64,000 nucleotides of DNA, taken from positions 96,001 to 160,000 of the forward strand of contig CBFGKH010000001.1 in the NCBI GenBank assembly GCA_965649295.1, in the 5' to 3' direction. Source of the stretch: a candidate division WOR-3 bacterium. Lineage in GTDB: Bacteria; Hydrothermota; Tepidihabitantia; Tepidihabitantales; Tepidihabitantaceae. Of the stretch, positions 47,288-56,853 are shown piece by piece (position 1 is the first letter of the stretch; the number at the start of each line of letters is the position of its first letter). The translations under genes were made by a program, and so were the position numbers. A model generated the notes under the pieces. That model had not been told where the DNA came from. It saw nothing but the letters and a program-made list of their open reading frames with translations, and searched no databases.

Positions 47288-49177
47288 TTAGAGCAGCAGC
47301 AGTAGCTCCAGAGCCCAGGCCAGCGCGGCGAGATAGAGCAAGAGCACGGTCAGGTCCGAGGCACCTTGCTCGATACCGGTCCTGACCAGGAAATTGCGTT
47401 TGGCCAGCTCAGCGGTTGACGCCCGTTCAAGATTCCCTTCCTCAGCCAGCACGTTCACGGCCAACAGCCGATTGCCGAACTGATACGGCCCCGGTTCGTC
47501 GGTCCGGTCGAACAGAATCTCGGCCCTGCCTCCCACCCACTGCGGCTCGACAGCGTAGCGCCGACTTGGCCCAGTCACTGCCGCCTCATCGCCTGCAATG
47601 ACCGCTCTTATTGTATCTCCAACAAGATACTCGGCCGCCAGGTCTGCGCTTGCCAGCCAGGCCAAAGTCCGATGCAGCAACGGCACAAACGCCGCCTTAT
47701 AGACCAGATCGGTTCCCTCCGGAACCGGCGCCGCTGCCAGAACCATTACCCTACCGGTGGCTAACTGAACCATGAACGGCTCACCATCGCTCAACCGGGC
47801 CAGCACTCGCCCAGCCCCGATTCTCACCCGGGCATGAGCAAAAATCCTGGCGCTGGCCAGGTCAGGCCCGCGCAGCAGTTCCAGCGCCGGATGGAGCGTA
47901 TCCCACTCAGCAATCGTCGCAAATCCGGCCGACCGCACCGTACCGGCAAAACTGACCAAGCCCTGGCCGGCCAACGAGTCTTCTGGCGCGGTTCCAGCAA
48001 AGACCAGCAGCCCTACCCCTGATTCGACCCCGAACCGCAATCTAGCCCAGTCAGCCGCCGCCAGTGCTGCCGCATCGGTGACGACAACAATACCGTACCG
48101 ACTCAGGTCCTGCCGGCCTAGTTCGGCACTATTGACAACGGTCAGGTCAAACAAGGCTGCCGAGTCATCGCCCAAGGCACTGACAACATATCGCGCCGGC
48201 ACTGCTGGCGACTGGACAACCAAAGTTCGCACCTGCCGTAGCGGCGTCACTGCCCGCCAGCGCCGATCATCAGCAACCAGCGAGTCCGTAAGCAGCTCGA
48301 CCCTAGCCACCGTCGGCACGCTTTCCTGATAGCTGGTCTCGAACTCAACCTTCACGCTGCCGCGCGCCGGAATCCCGACAACCTTCTCCTCGCTCCGTTC
48401 GCCGACGTGCAGCACCGCCGTACGCGTCACCGCCACCGCTCCGTAGTTAGCCAGCTCTGCCCGGAACCGGACTGGCCGACCCGCCAATGCCAGCCTCGGC
48501 TCGATCAATACTCTGGCTACGCCGGCGTTGTCGAAACTCTCTGACCCAACATCAACGAGCGTCACCTGCCTACCGACAGGCACACGCCAAGTGTCGCCCA
48601 ACGCCCGCCGCTGCCGGTCAGTGATAACGATAACCTCCACATCCTGCCAGCCGCCGACCTGTTCGAGCACCGGCAGCAGACCGACCGCTGCATACGACGG
48701 CTGCAGCGAGTCAACCCGGCCAAGCCAGGCTCGACCTGACCGCCAGTCCCCATCCTCCTTGCGGCCAAGAACCCTGCTGCTTGCGGTCAGCACCACTGCG
48801 CGCTGACCACTGCCCATCCCGCTCAACACCCCTCTCGCTGCCGCCTGTGCCCGCTGCCAGCATCCGCCATAGCCCATGCTGTAGGAATCGTCAATCAGCA
48901 ACACCACATCACCGGCTCGTCCCAGCCCAGGCAACCGCACCCGCAGAAACGGCCGCGACAACGCCAGTAACAGGAATAACAAGGCCAGTGTCCGCAGAAG
49001 TAGCAACAGCAATTCTTTTAGCCGCAGCCAGGAGAATCGCTCCCGCTGAACACTTGCCAGAAGCAACAGCGACGGAAACTCAGCCCGCCGCAGCCGCAAC
49101 CGACTGAGGATATGAATGATAAGCGGGACCGCGGCCAACGCGACGAGCGGCAGGTAGCCAGCAGCACCGAAACCCAT
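47288..49177 (-). CDS. BatA-domain / vWA membrane protein
   Basis: PLIIHIL...FPSL..L, LLLLLR...LALSRP, LIDDSYSM (MIDAS), ITD, C-terminal TM. Confidence 0.82.
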   Translation of the reverse strand: MGFGAAGYLPLVALAAVPLIIHILSRLRLRRAEFPSLLLLASVQRERFSWLRLKELLLLLLRTLALLFLLLALSRPFLRVRLPGLGRAGDVVLLIDDSYSMGYGGCWQRAQAAARGVLSGMGSGQRAVVLTASSRVLGRKEDGDWRSGRAWLGRVDSLQPSYAAVGLLPVLEQVGGWQDVEVIVITDRQRRALGDTWRVPVGRQVTLVDVGSESFDNAGVARVLIEPRLALAGRPVRFRAELANYGAVAVTRTAVLHVGERSEEKVVGIPARGSVKVEFETSYQESVPTVARVELLTDSLVADDRRWRAVTPLRQVRTLVVQSPAVPARYVVSALGDDSAALFDLTVVNSAELGRQDLSRYGIVVVTDAAALAAADWARLRFGVESGVGLLVFAGTAPEDSLAGQGLVSFAGTVRSAGFATIAEWDTLHPALELLRGPDLASARIFAHARVRIGAGRVLARLSDGEPFMVQLATGRVMVLAAAPVPEGTDLVYKAAFVPLLHRTLAWLASADLAAEYLVGDTIRAVIAGDEAAVTGPSRRYAVEPQWVGGRAEILFDRTDEPGPYQFGNRLLAVNVLAEEGNLERASTAELAKRNFLVRTGIEQGASDLTVLLLYLAALAWALELLLLL

Positions 49178-49265
49178 CAGCCCTGCCCCTGACCCTGACT
49201 TGACCGAAACATCATGCCTCCGCCGCTCGCTATGACTAGGTAATGAAAAAGGTCACTGCACGCCT

Positions 49266-50165
49266 CTACCTGATACGGCGCCGGTGTTCCAGATAGCTGA
49301 ACAGCGCTCGGTCGAACGGTGCATCGGTTGTAATGCGATGGTAGTCAATACGCGCCTCGCGGCAGCCCCGCTCAAACTGGGTGAAGAAAGCGTCGAAGGT
49401 CCGCTGATACTCCTGCCGCACAATCCGGCCATCAACAGTCAACTCCTGACCTGACTCCATATCGCGCAGCAACACTGGCCCACGGAAGTCGAACGCCCGT
49501 TCATTCGGGTCCTGGATATGAAAGACCAGCACCTCGTGCTTGCGAAACCGAAAATGGCGTAAGGCCGCGAGCACTGCCGCCGGGTTGTCCCACAGGTCCG
49601 AGATGACAATCACGAGGCCACGCCGCTTCAGTCGCTCGGCCAGACCGTGCAGCGTGCCCGCAATGTTCGTATCGCCGCCTGGCTTTGTGTCCGCAAGCTG
49701 GTGCAATAGCACATTAAGATGCGAACCGGACGAACGTGGTGGCACGTAGCGGTCAATCTTGTCCGAGAACGTCACGAGGCCGCATGAGTCTTTCTGGTGC
49801 AAAAGCAGATAGGCCAAGCTTGCGGCCAGCCAGCCTGAGTACTCGAGCTTCGTAACCCGGCCCTTGCCACCAGACCGGTAGGCCATCGAACCTGATGCAT
49901 CGAGCAGGAGATACGCCCGCAGGTTTGTCTCTTCTTCATACTCGCGGACCACAAACCGGTCGGTCTTGGCATAAACTTTCCAGTCAATCCGCTTCGGCTC
50001 ATCGCCCGGCTGGTACTGACGATGCTCGGTGAACTCGACCGAGAAACCCTTGTACGGCGACCGGTGCAGCCCGGCCAGAAACCCTTCGACCACCAGCCGC
50101 GCAACAAGGTCAATTGACCGGAGTTTGGCCACAACCTCGGGTTTGAGCAGTTCCGTCGGTTTCAA
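49266..50165 (-). CDS. DUF58 domain-containing protein (MoxR-associated vWA-like)
   Basis: GLHRSP..G.SVEF.EHR.Y.PGD...IDWK, EEETN, LDASGSM, ISD; start uncertain. Confidence 0.9.
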   Translation of the reverse strand: MKPTELLKPEVVAKLRSIDLVARLVVEGFLAGLHRSPYKGFSVEFTEHRQYQPGDEPKRIDWKVYAKTDRFVVREYEEETNLRAYLLLDASGSMAYRSGGKGRVTKLEYSGWLAASLAYLLLHQKDSCGLVTFSDKIDRYVPPRSSGSHLNVLLHQLADTKPGGDTNIAGTLHGLAERLKRRGLVIVISDLWDNPAAVLAALRHFRFRKHEVLVFHIQDPNERAFDFRGPVLLRDMESGQELTVDGRIVRQEYQRTFDAFFTQFERGCREARIDYHRITTDAPFDRALFSYLEHRRRIR

Positions 50166-50280
50166 GGGAAGGTAATTAGGCCACACCGCTCGCGGTCTGT
50201 CAATTTCGCCCCTTACCGAGGCAGTCACAGCGCTGTCATTGGAAGCTTGACGGTCTCCTGCCATTGCTCATAATCACGTC

Positions 50281-52113
50281 GTGGCGCGATGCTGGCTCGG
50301 CTTGCTGCTGCCGGCACTGGCACTGGCCCGCATATCGGTACCGTCAGTGCAAAGCACGGTGGACCTGGCGCCGGATGGCAGCGCACGGGTCATCGTCGAG
50401 ATAATGTGCCGGTTCGAGGGTCGGCACCCAAAGACACAGCTTGCGCTTCCGACATCTTCGCCGCGCATCCACATAAGACTAAACCGCCTCACCGAGCAGA
50501 GCGCTAGCTTCTCCGGCCAGATTCCGGATGTGATTGTCACCAAGCAAGAAGGTGAACTGGTAGTGCGTTGGAGCCCGCGCGCCAGCGATGAGACGCGGCA
50601 CTACGTCATTGACTACACGGTCGAGAATGCAGTCCGACGCTACGAGGACCTGGCGCGTATCACCTTGCCTCCTGTTGCTCGCGTGGGCGGCCCGATCGAC
50701 AGGGCACGCATCGAGCTGCACCTACCCAAGCCAACGCGCACGCTTGAACTCAAGGACAGCTCGTCAATCAGCGTAAGTCCGGACTGCCGCTCGGCGGTAA
50801 TCGAACATCGCAACGTTCCCAGAACCGACCCGCTCTGGCTTGACATCGTTACCGACGCGGACCTGTTCGACCAAGTGCCAAGGCACACCGGCAGACTGGC
50901 GGAGAACGAACAACCGGTTAGCGAGTCTAGCAGCTACCCATTCGGGCCGGTGACGACGGCGCCGCTCATACACCCGCATTTCATCCTCGTGCTGCTCCTA
51001 CTACCTTTGCTGCTCCTCGGTGTGCTCTATCTTGCCTACGGCCGCGAGCCGAGAGTACCTGGCCAGGGCCAATATGAGCATGAACCGCCGGGCCGGATTC
51101 CTCCGCTCGCCGTGCCGCCGATAATGCGCCAGCAGCCGGACCTCACCGAGCTCCCGGAACAGACTCTTGACGCAACCCTTGCCACCCTGCTCGACGCAGC
51201 CCGCCGCGGCGCACTCGAAATCGTGCCGGGCGATGCTCGAACCGGCCAGGGCCGCGGATTCCGGCTCGCGCGGCTGGACAAGTTGAAGGAACTCGACGAC
51301 CTGAGTCGTCGGGTTGTCAGCTACTACTTCGAGTGCGTTGGCGCAGGCCGGGACATCGTGACGGCCGAAGACATCCGCCGTCACGCGGCCGAACAGCCAG
51401 AAGGATTCCTGGCCTGGCTTAAGGAGATAAGCATCGGCGGCCGAGACTGGTGGTGGCATAATCTCAAGGTTGACTTTCTCGAACCACGCAGCTCCGCTGC
51501 TTACCAGTTCTTCTGCTACTCGAGCATCGCTCTGACCGCCATTGCTGGATTCCTGCTACCGCTGAGCCAGAGCTACAGCGTTCTGCGCGGCTCAGTCCGG
51601 CTGGGAGTCCTGCTCGGCATCGCCAGCGGCTTCCTTGCTGGAATCGTCTATGGCCAGCTTGGCCGCGTCATCTTGCGCTGGAGTCCGCCAGCCTACCACG
51701 AACACCGGCGCTGGCAGCGGTTCCGCCGCTTCCTTGTTGACTTCTCAGCCATCGAACAGGCACCCATCGGGCTGTCTGCCATCTGGCAGGAGTACTACGT
51801 CTATGCCGTGGCTCTCGGTATCGGCCAGAAGTTCATGCAGGGCCTGGCGAACGTGGCACCGAAGCTCAGTCTCACCGATGACCTGCTCGCTCAGACATCA
51901 GCCAGTACCGGGCAGGCGCCGCTCATTCGCTGGGGCTCAAGCTCGTCCACAGCCGTCATGCTCGGTCAGGGCATCGCTCTGCTAGTTGACTCCTTTCGAA
52001 CGGGTTCCGGAATAGTCGGCAAGCGCCTCGACCCAATGCAGCAGCTATTCTTCTGGCATGTCGGCCACAGGGGACACGTCCAGCCTGTGCCTCCCTCACC
52101 GCCGTCCATCTGA
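50281..52113 (+). CDS. DUF2207-like membrane protein
   Basis: Signal peptide, DGSA.V, Y.V.NAV..Y.D, GREP, ATLLD.ARRG, W..FRRFL.DFS, W..Y.VYA.ALG. Confidence 0.75.
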   Translation: MARCWLGLLLPALALARISVPSVQSTVDLAPDGSARVIVEIMCRFEGRHPKTQLALPTSSPRIHIRLNRLTEQSASFSGQIPDVIVTKQEGELVVRWSPRASDETRHYVIDYTVENAVRRYEDLARITLPPVARVGGPIDRARIELHLPKPTRTLELKDSSSISVSPDCRSAVIEHRNVPRTDPLWLDIVTDADLFDQVPRHTGRLAENEQPVSESSSYPFGPVTTAPLIHPHFILVLLLLPLLLLGVLYLAYGREPRVPGQGQYEHEPPGRIPPLAVPPIMRQQPDLTELPEQTLDATLATLLDAARRGALEIVPGDARTGQGRGFRLARLDKLKELDDLSRRVVSYYFECVGAGRDIVTAEDIRRHAAEQPEGFLAWLKEISIGGRDWWWHNLKVDFLEPRSSAAYQFFCYSSIALTAIAGFLLPLSQSYSVLRGSVRLGVLLGIASGFLAGIVYGQLGRVILRWSPPAYHEHRRWQRFRRFLVDFSAIEQAPIGLSAIWQEYYVYAVALGIGQKFMQGLANVAPKLSLTDDLLAQTSASTGQAPLIRWGSSSSTAVMLGQGIALLVDSFRTGSGIVGKRLDPMQQLFFWHVGHRGHVQPVPPSPPSI

Positions 52114-52241
52114 CAGCACGACGCTGCCGGTAGATGGCCAGAAAGGCTCATACTCCCGAAACGCGTGAACCATTGCTCTCAGACCAACGCGTCTTGGCAC
52201 GAGGCCAAATTGACCTATAATGCGGCTCAAAAGGAAGTGTC

Positions 52242-53672
52242 ATGAAAGTCAAACTGCGGTCGTTGCTGTTCTTGTCCGCTGTGTTCCTGCTCGCGCTGAC
52301 CGGCTGCCGCAAGAGCGGCGGGCCCGAGGGCAACTGGCAAGGCAGGCTCAAGACGCCTGGCGGCGAGCTGACTCTAGTATTCCACGTGACGCGCGATTCG
52401 GCAGGCAGGCTTGCGGCCACGATTGACAGCCCGGATCAGGGTGCGCTAGGCATCATGGTTGACACAATCCTGTTCGATGGCGGCAGGCTGCTGCTCAAGG
52501 TCAACCAGATTCGCGGTCTCTTTGAGGGCACGCTTTCGCAGGACGGCAGCCTACTCAAAGGCTGCTGGCGCCAGGGCCCATTCTCGCTGCCCCTGACAAT
52601 GAAACGCGCTGACAAAGCTACTACAGAACTGAAGCGACCGCAGGAACCGAAACCACCCTACCCGTACCGCGAAGAAGAAGTCACCATTGCCAATCCAGCA
52701 GCCGGGCTGAAGCTTGCCGGTACGCTCACCCTGCCTAACTCAGGCGGGCCGTTCCCGGCAGTCGTGCTCATTACTGGCTCAGGCCCCCAGAACCGAGATG
52801 AGGAGGTCTTCGGGCACAAACCCTTCCTTGTCATCGCCGACTACCTGACTCGTCGCGGTATCGCGGTGCTACGCTGCGATGACCGGGGTATAGGCGGGTC
52901 CACCGGTGACCACCAGAGCGCCACGACCCAAGATTTCGCCAGCGACGTACTTGCCCAAGTCCGGTGGCTCAAGAGCCGCCAGGAGATTGACCCGAAGCGC
53001 ATCGGTCTGCTCGGCCATTCCGAAGGCGGAGTCATCGCGCCGATTGTCGCAAACCAGTCAAAGGACTTGGCCTTCGTTATCCTCATGGCCGGGACTGGAC
53101 TGCGGGGCGACTCGGTGCTGGTGCTGCAGGCTGGACTCGTTGCCAAGTCACAGGGGATTGACGACTCTGCTGTCGCCAGCGTCAAAAGGAACCAACGGCG
53201 CGTGCTGGACATACTGCTGGCGGGCAAGGATAGCGCTGCCACGGTCGCGGCCTTGCGAGCGGCGATGACCGAGATAGTGGCATCAATGGGTGAGAAAGAG
53301 AAACAGGCGATGGGGATATCCGCAGCTACTATTGACCAACAGATTGACGCCGTGATGTCGCCCTGGTTTCGCTACTTCGTCGCTTACGACCCGGCACCCG
53401 CGCTTCGCAGCCTGCGGATACCAGTTCTCGCGGTTGCCGGTGAACGCGACGTTCAGGTTGCTCCAACCGAGAATCTCACTGCTATCGAAACTGCACTCAG
53501 GACTGGCGGCAATAAGAACTACCGCGTCCAGGTCCTGCCCGGTCTCAACCATCTGTTTCAGACCGCCACGACCGGCGCCATCACCGAATACGCGAAGATT
53601 GAGGAAACAATTGCGCCAGCGGCGCTCCAGCTCTTCGGCGACTGGATTCTCGCCATCACTGGGCAGCGTTGA
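52242..53672 (+). CDS. Alpha/beta hydrolase lipoprotein (S9/S15-like)
   Basis: Lipobox LTGC; DSPDQGA, RPQEP, GSGPQNRDE, DDRG.G.S, GHSEGG, D.QV, NHLFQ. Confidence 0.88.
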   Translation: MKVKLRSLLFLSAVFLLALTGCRKSGGPEGNWQGRLKTPGGELTLVFHVTRDSAGRLAATIDSPDQGALGIMVDTILFDGGRLLLKVNQIRGLFEGTLSQDGSLLKGCWRQGPFSLPLTMKRADKATTELKRPQEPKPPYPYREEEVTIANPAAGLKLAGTLTLPNSGGPFPAVVLITGSGPQNRDEEVFGHKPFLVIADYLTRRGIAVLRCDDRGIGGSTGDHQSATTQDFASDVLAQVRWLKSRQEIDPKRIGLLGHSEGGVIAPIVANQSKDLAFVILMAGTGLRGDSVLVLQAGLVAKSQGIDDSAVASVKRNQRRVLDILLAGKDSAATVAALRAAMTEIVASMGEKEKQAMGISAATIDQQIDAVMSPWFRYFVAYDPAPALRSLRIPVLAVAGERDVQVAPTENLTAIETALRTGGNKNYRVQVLPGLNHLFQTATTGAITEYAKIEETIAPAALQLFGDWILAITGQR

Positions 53673-53702
53673 CTTGCGACAAGAGCGAACTACAATCGGC
53701 TT

Positions 53703-54326
53703 ATGGCGAACATTGGGATTGCTGTGCTTGCTTCCGGCCGAGGCTCAAACTTTGAGGCCTTGGCCAAGGCATTGCCGCACCGGAACGTCGAAGCCGAACT
53801 ACGCCTGGTCATCGCCAACGTACCCGACGCACCCGTGCTCGGCCGGGCTGCCAAACTCGGCATCCCCGCCAAGGTCATCAATCACCGCGACTACCGAAAC
53901 CGGGCCGACTTCGAAAAGGCCCTGATTGCTGAACTGGAACGCTTCGACATCAACCTCGTCTGCCTGGCCGGCTTCATGCGCATCCTTTCTCCGGTCTTTG
54001 TTGACCGCTATCCCAACCGGATTCTCAATATTCATCCCTCACTGCTACCGGCTTTTGCTGGCCTGCAGGGAATGCAGGTGCATGAGGCGGTAATCGCTGC
54101 TGGTGTCAAGATTACCGGTTGCACGGTTCACTTTGTCACCAACGACCTTGACGCCGGACCGATTGTCGTGCAGCGAGCAATACCGGTGCGCGAGGACGAC
54201 ACCCCCCAGTCACTGGCAGTGCGGGTTCTGGTCGAGGAACACCAGGCCTACCCGGACGCGGTCGAGCTTTTCTGCGCTGGCCGGCTAGTTGTCGAAGGAC
54301 GGCGCGTGCGGGTCTTGCCGGCATGA
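53703..54326 (+). CDS. purN: Phosphoribosylglycinamide formyltransferase
   Basis: SGRGSNF, LAGFMRILS, NIHPSLLP, GCTVHFV...D.GP. Confidence 0.96.
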   Translation: MANIGIAVLASGRGSNFEALAKALPHRNVEAELRLVIANVPDAPVLGRAAKLGIPAKVINHRDYRNRADFEKALIAELERFDINLVCLAGFMRILSPVFVDRYPNRILNIHPSLLPAFAGLQGMQVHEAVIAAGVKITGCTVHFVTNDLDAGPIVVQRAIPVREDDTPQSLAVRVLVEEHQAYPDAVELFCAGRLVVEGRRVRVLPA

Positions 54327-55345
54327 ATCGGCCGGTCCGAGTGGCGATTGTCGGCTGTGGTGCTCAGGCCCAGCTTGCTCATATCCCAGTCCTCAAAGCC
54401 AGCCCTGGCGCCCAGCTCGTTGCCCTTTGCGACAACGATGTCCGCAAGCTCAACAGCCTCTGCGACCTGCACAACATCCCCCGCCGCTTCACTGACTTCG
54501 ATGACCTGAAAGAGGCTACGGACATTGACGCGGTCATCATTGCTACTCCCAACCACCTTCACGCGCCGATGGCAATCGCTGCCCTGCAATACGGTAAAGA
54601 CGTGCTCTGCGAGATGCCCCTTGGCCTCGACCCAACTGAAGCCGAGAGCGTCGTCGCCGCCGCTGCCCGGCACGGTCGGCACCTGATGCCTTGTCTGCCC
54701 ACCCGGCTGCGACCTGATGTCCAGACCATTCGACGCTTCATTGACGGTGGCGAGCTGGGCCGTCTCCATTACTGTAAGGCCGGTTGGCTGCAGGGTCGCG
54801 ACTCGTGGTCATTGTCCGGCTGGCGCGCACACCGGTTGCGAGCTGGCGGCGGTGCGTTCCTCCTGCTCGGTGTGCCGGTACTCGACGCCGCGCTAGCCCT
54901 GCTTGCGCCGGCCCGGCCGGTGTCAGTTGTCGGCAGCGCCCACCATCGCAGTTCCCAGTCTGACGTCGAGGACACTGCCTTCGCGATGATCCGCTTTGAG
55001 AATGACATTCTGCTCACCGTCGAGGTTGGCTGGAGTCTGCTTCAGGAAAAGGACTTCACCTATCTCAACCTGATGGGAAGCACTGGCGCGGCTCTTCTCA
55101 ACCCGGTCCAGATTCACAAAGAGATGCACGGCCATCTAGTGGATGTCACACCGCGAATGTCAACAAGGGAGCTCGACCGCGCTGCCCATCGGCTGCTTAT
55201 CAATCTATGGCTCGACGCCCTTGTTCGTAACGCCGTACCGGCGGTCTCACCGAACGAGGCTGTACTCATTAGCCGCATTGTTGCGGCCTTCTACGAATCA
55301 CAGAAGTCCCGGTGCGAAGTCCCGCTGCCACCAGCCAGGCCCTAA
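54323..55345 (+). CDS. Gfo/Idh/MocA family oxidoreductase
   Basis: IVGCG, DAV.IATPN..H, VLCEMP, AGGGA, VED.A. Confidence 0.85.
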   Translation: MNRPVRVAIVGCGAQAQLAHIPVLKASPGAQLVALCDNDVRKLNSLCDLHNIPRRFTDFDDLKEATDIDAVIIATPNHLHAPMAIAALQYGKDVLCEMPLGLDPTEAESVVAAAARHGRHLMPCLPTRLRPDVQTIRRFIDGGELGRLHYCKAGWLQGRDSWSLSGWRAHRLRAGGGAFLLLGVPVLDAALALLAPARPVSVVGSAHHRSSQSDVEDTAFAMIRFENDILLTVEVGWSLLQEKDFTYLNLMGSTGAALLNPVQIHKEMHGHLVDVTPRMSTRELDRAAHRLLINLWLDALVRNAVPAVSPNEAVLISRIVAAFYESQKSRCEVPLPPARP

Positions 55346-56847
55346 TTCTCGCCCTGGCCGGGCTTTGCCTTGGCCTTGCCTTCGCACCATTCCCCTGTCG
55401 GTTTTTTGCCTTTGGGGCGCTGGTGCCGCTGCTCTGGGTGAGCCAGCGTGCTACGCCAGGCCGCGCCTTTCTCTGGGGCTGGTTTTTCGGTTCGGTCGCG
55501 GCACTGTTCCACTTCTTCTGGCTCTGGTTTCTTGTAGTTCCAGTCGAGCCGATTACCCGCCTGCTGCTCAACGGCGGCGTGGTCTTGCTGTTTGCCTACC
55601 TTGGGCTCTATCCGGCCCTGTTCAGCCTCGCGGTGCGCCGGCTAGGCATCTGGTCTGCTCCCCTGGTCTGGCCGCTACTCGAATACGGCCGGTCCCGACT
55701 TCAGATTGCGTTCCCCTGGGACCTGCTCGGCTACACGATGACACCCTGGACACCCTTCATTCAACCCGCTGCCCTCGGCGGCATCTACCTTGTCTCCGCC
55801 TGGCTCGTGCTAACCAACGTCCTCCTCTATCATGTCCTGTTCTCGACACCGGCAGTCAGCACTTCCAATCACCGGTCAGCAGTCAGGCTCCGCGCTGCGA
55901 TTGCGCTTGCCGTTGCTCTGGTCGTCCCGTTCTTTGCCGGCCTTGTCCGGATGAAGCCGCTGCCAGACTGGTTCCGAGTCGCAATCGTCCAACCCAACGT
56001 CTCGCCGCTCGACAAGGGTGACTGGTCGTCCCGCGAAAGAATCCAGGCTGACCTTATCCGCCTCACCAAAGAGGCCGCTGTCAGCCGACCTGACCTGATT
56101 CTCTTCCCCGAAACTGCCACCTTGGTTGACGTCACTCGTTCCGGCACGATTGGCACGGCCCTGCAGGAACTAGTTGACTCATTGCGCATCGAAATCCTTA
56201 CCGGCTCACCGCTTCAGGACCGCCAGACCAATGCCTGGCACAACGGCGCGGTTCTGCTCCGACCCGGCGAGTGGCCCCCGGCTCAACGCTACTACAAAAT
56301 GCGACTCACCCCGTTCTCAGAAAAGATTCCCTATGCCGATGAACTGCCCATCCTCCGTCGCCTGATTGGTACTGCTGACATGGGCGACTGGCAGCGGGGC
56401 CACGACCTGACCGTCTTCAACTGGCGCTGCGGCACACTGGCTGCGCTCATCTGCATCGAGGCTATTCATCCTGACCATGCCCGGGCCCTAGCCAAGGCTG
56501 GTGCCCACCTGCTTGCTGTCATTACCAATGACGGCTGGTTTGGTCGCATCCTCGGTGCCCAGCAGCACGCTGAACTCCATCTCCTCCGCGCTGTCGAGAA
56601 CGGTCTGCCAATGATTCGCAGTGCCAATAACGGCATCTCCTACATTGCCGATCCGTATGGCCGCATCACCGCTGCCACCAAGCTCGAGGTCCAGACCGTG
56701 CTCGTCGGCACAGTCAAACAGCCCTTGGCCCAGACTCCCTATCGCCGCTATGGCGACTGGTTCATCATCGTCTGTCTCATCGCCACGCTGGTGCTCGCTA
56801 TCAAAGAGGTAGCGGGCAGCATCGCTGCCCGCCGCCGCTCGCACTAG
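55312..56847 (+). CDS. lnt: Apolipoprotein N-acyltransferase
   Basis: LAFAP, FPW..LGY, VQPN, FPET, YYK..L.PF.E, LICIE, TNDGWF, RAVE, RSANNGIS. Confidence 0.92.
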   Translation: MRSPAATSQALILALAGLCLGLAFAPFPCRFFAFGALVPLLWVSQRATPGRAFLWGWFFGSVAALFHFFWLWFLVVPVEPITRLLLNGGVVLLFAYLGLYPALFSLAVRRLGIWSAPLVWPLLEYGRSRLQIAFPWDLLGYTMTPWTPFIQPAALGGIYLVSAWLVLTNVLLYHVLFSTPAVSTSNHRSAVRLRAAIALAVALVVPFFAGLVRMKPLPDWFRVAIVQPNVSPLDKGDWSSRERIQADLIRLTKEAAVSRPDLILFPETATLVDVTRSGTIGTALQELVDSLRIEILTGSPLQDRQTNAWHNGAVLLRPGEWPPAQRYYKMRLTPFSEKIPYADELPILRRLIGTADMGDWQRGHDLTVFNWRCGTLAALICIEAIHPDHARALAKAGAHLLAVITNDGWFGRILGAQQHAELHLLRAVENGLPMIRSANNGISYIADPYGRITAATKLEVQTVLVGTVKQPLAQTPYRRYGDWFIIVCLIATLVLAIKEVAGSIAARRRSH

Positions 56848-56853
56848 AAACTC

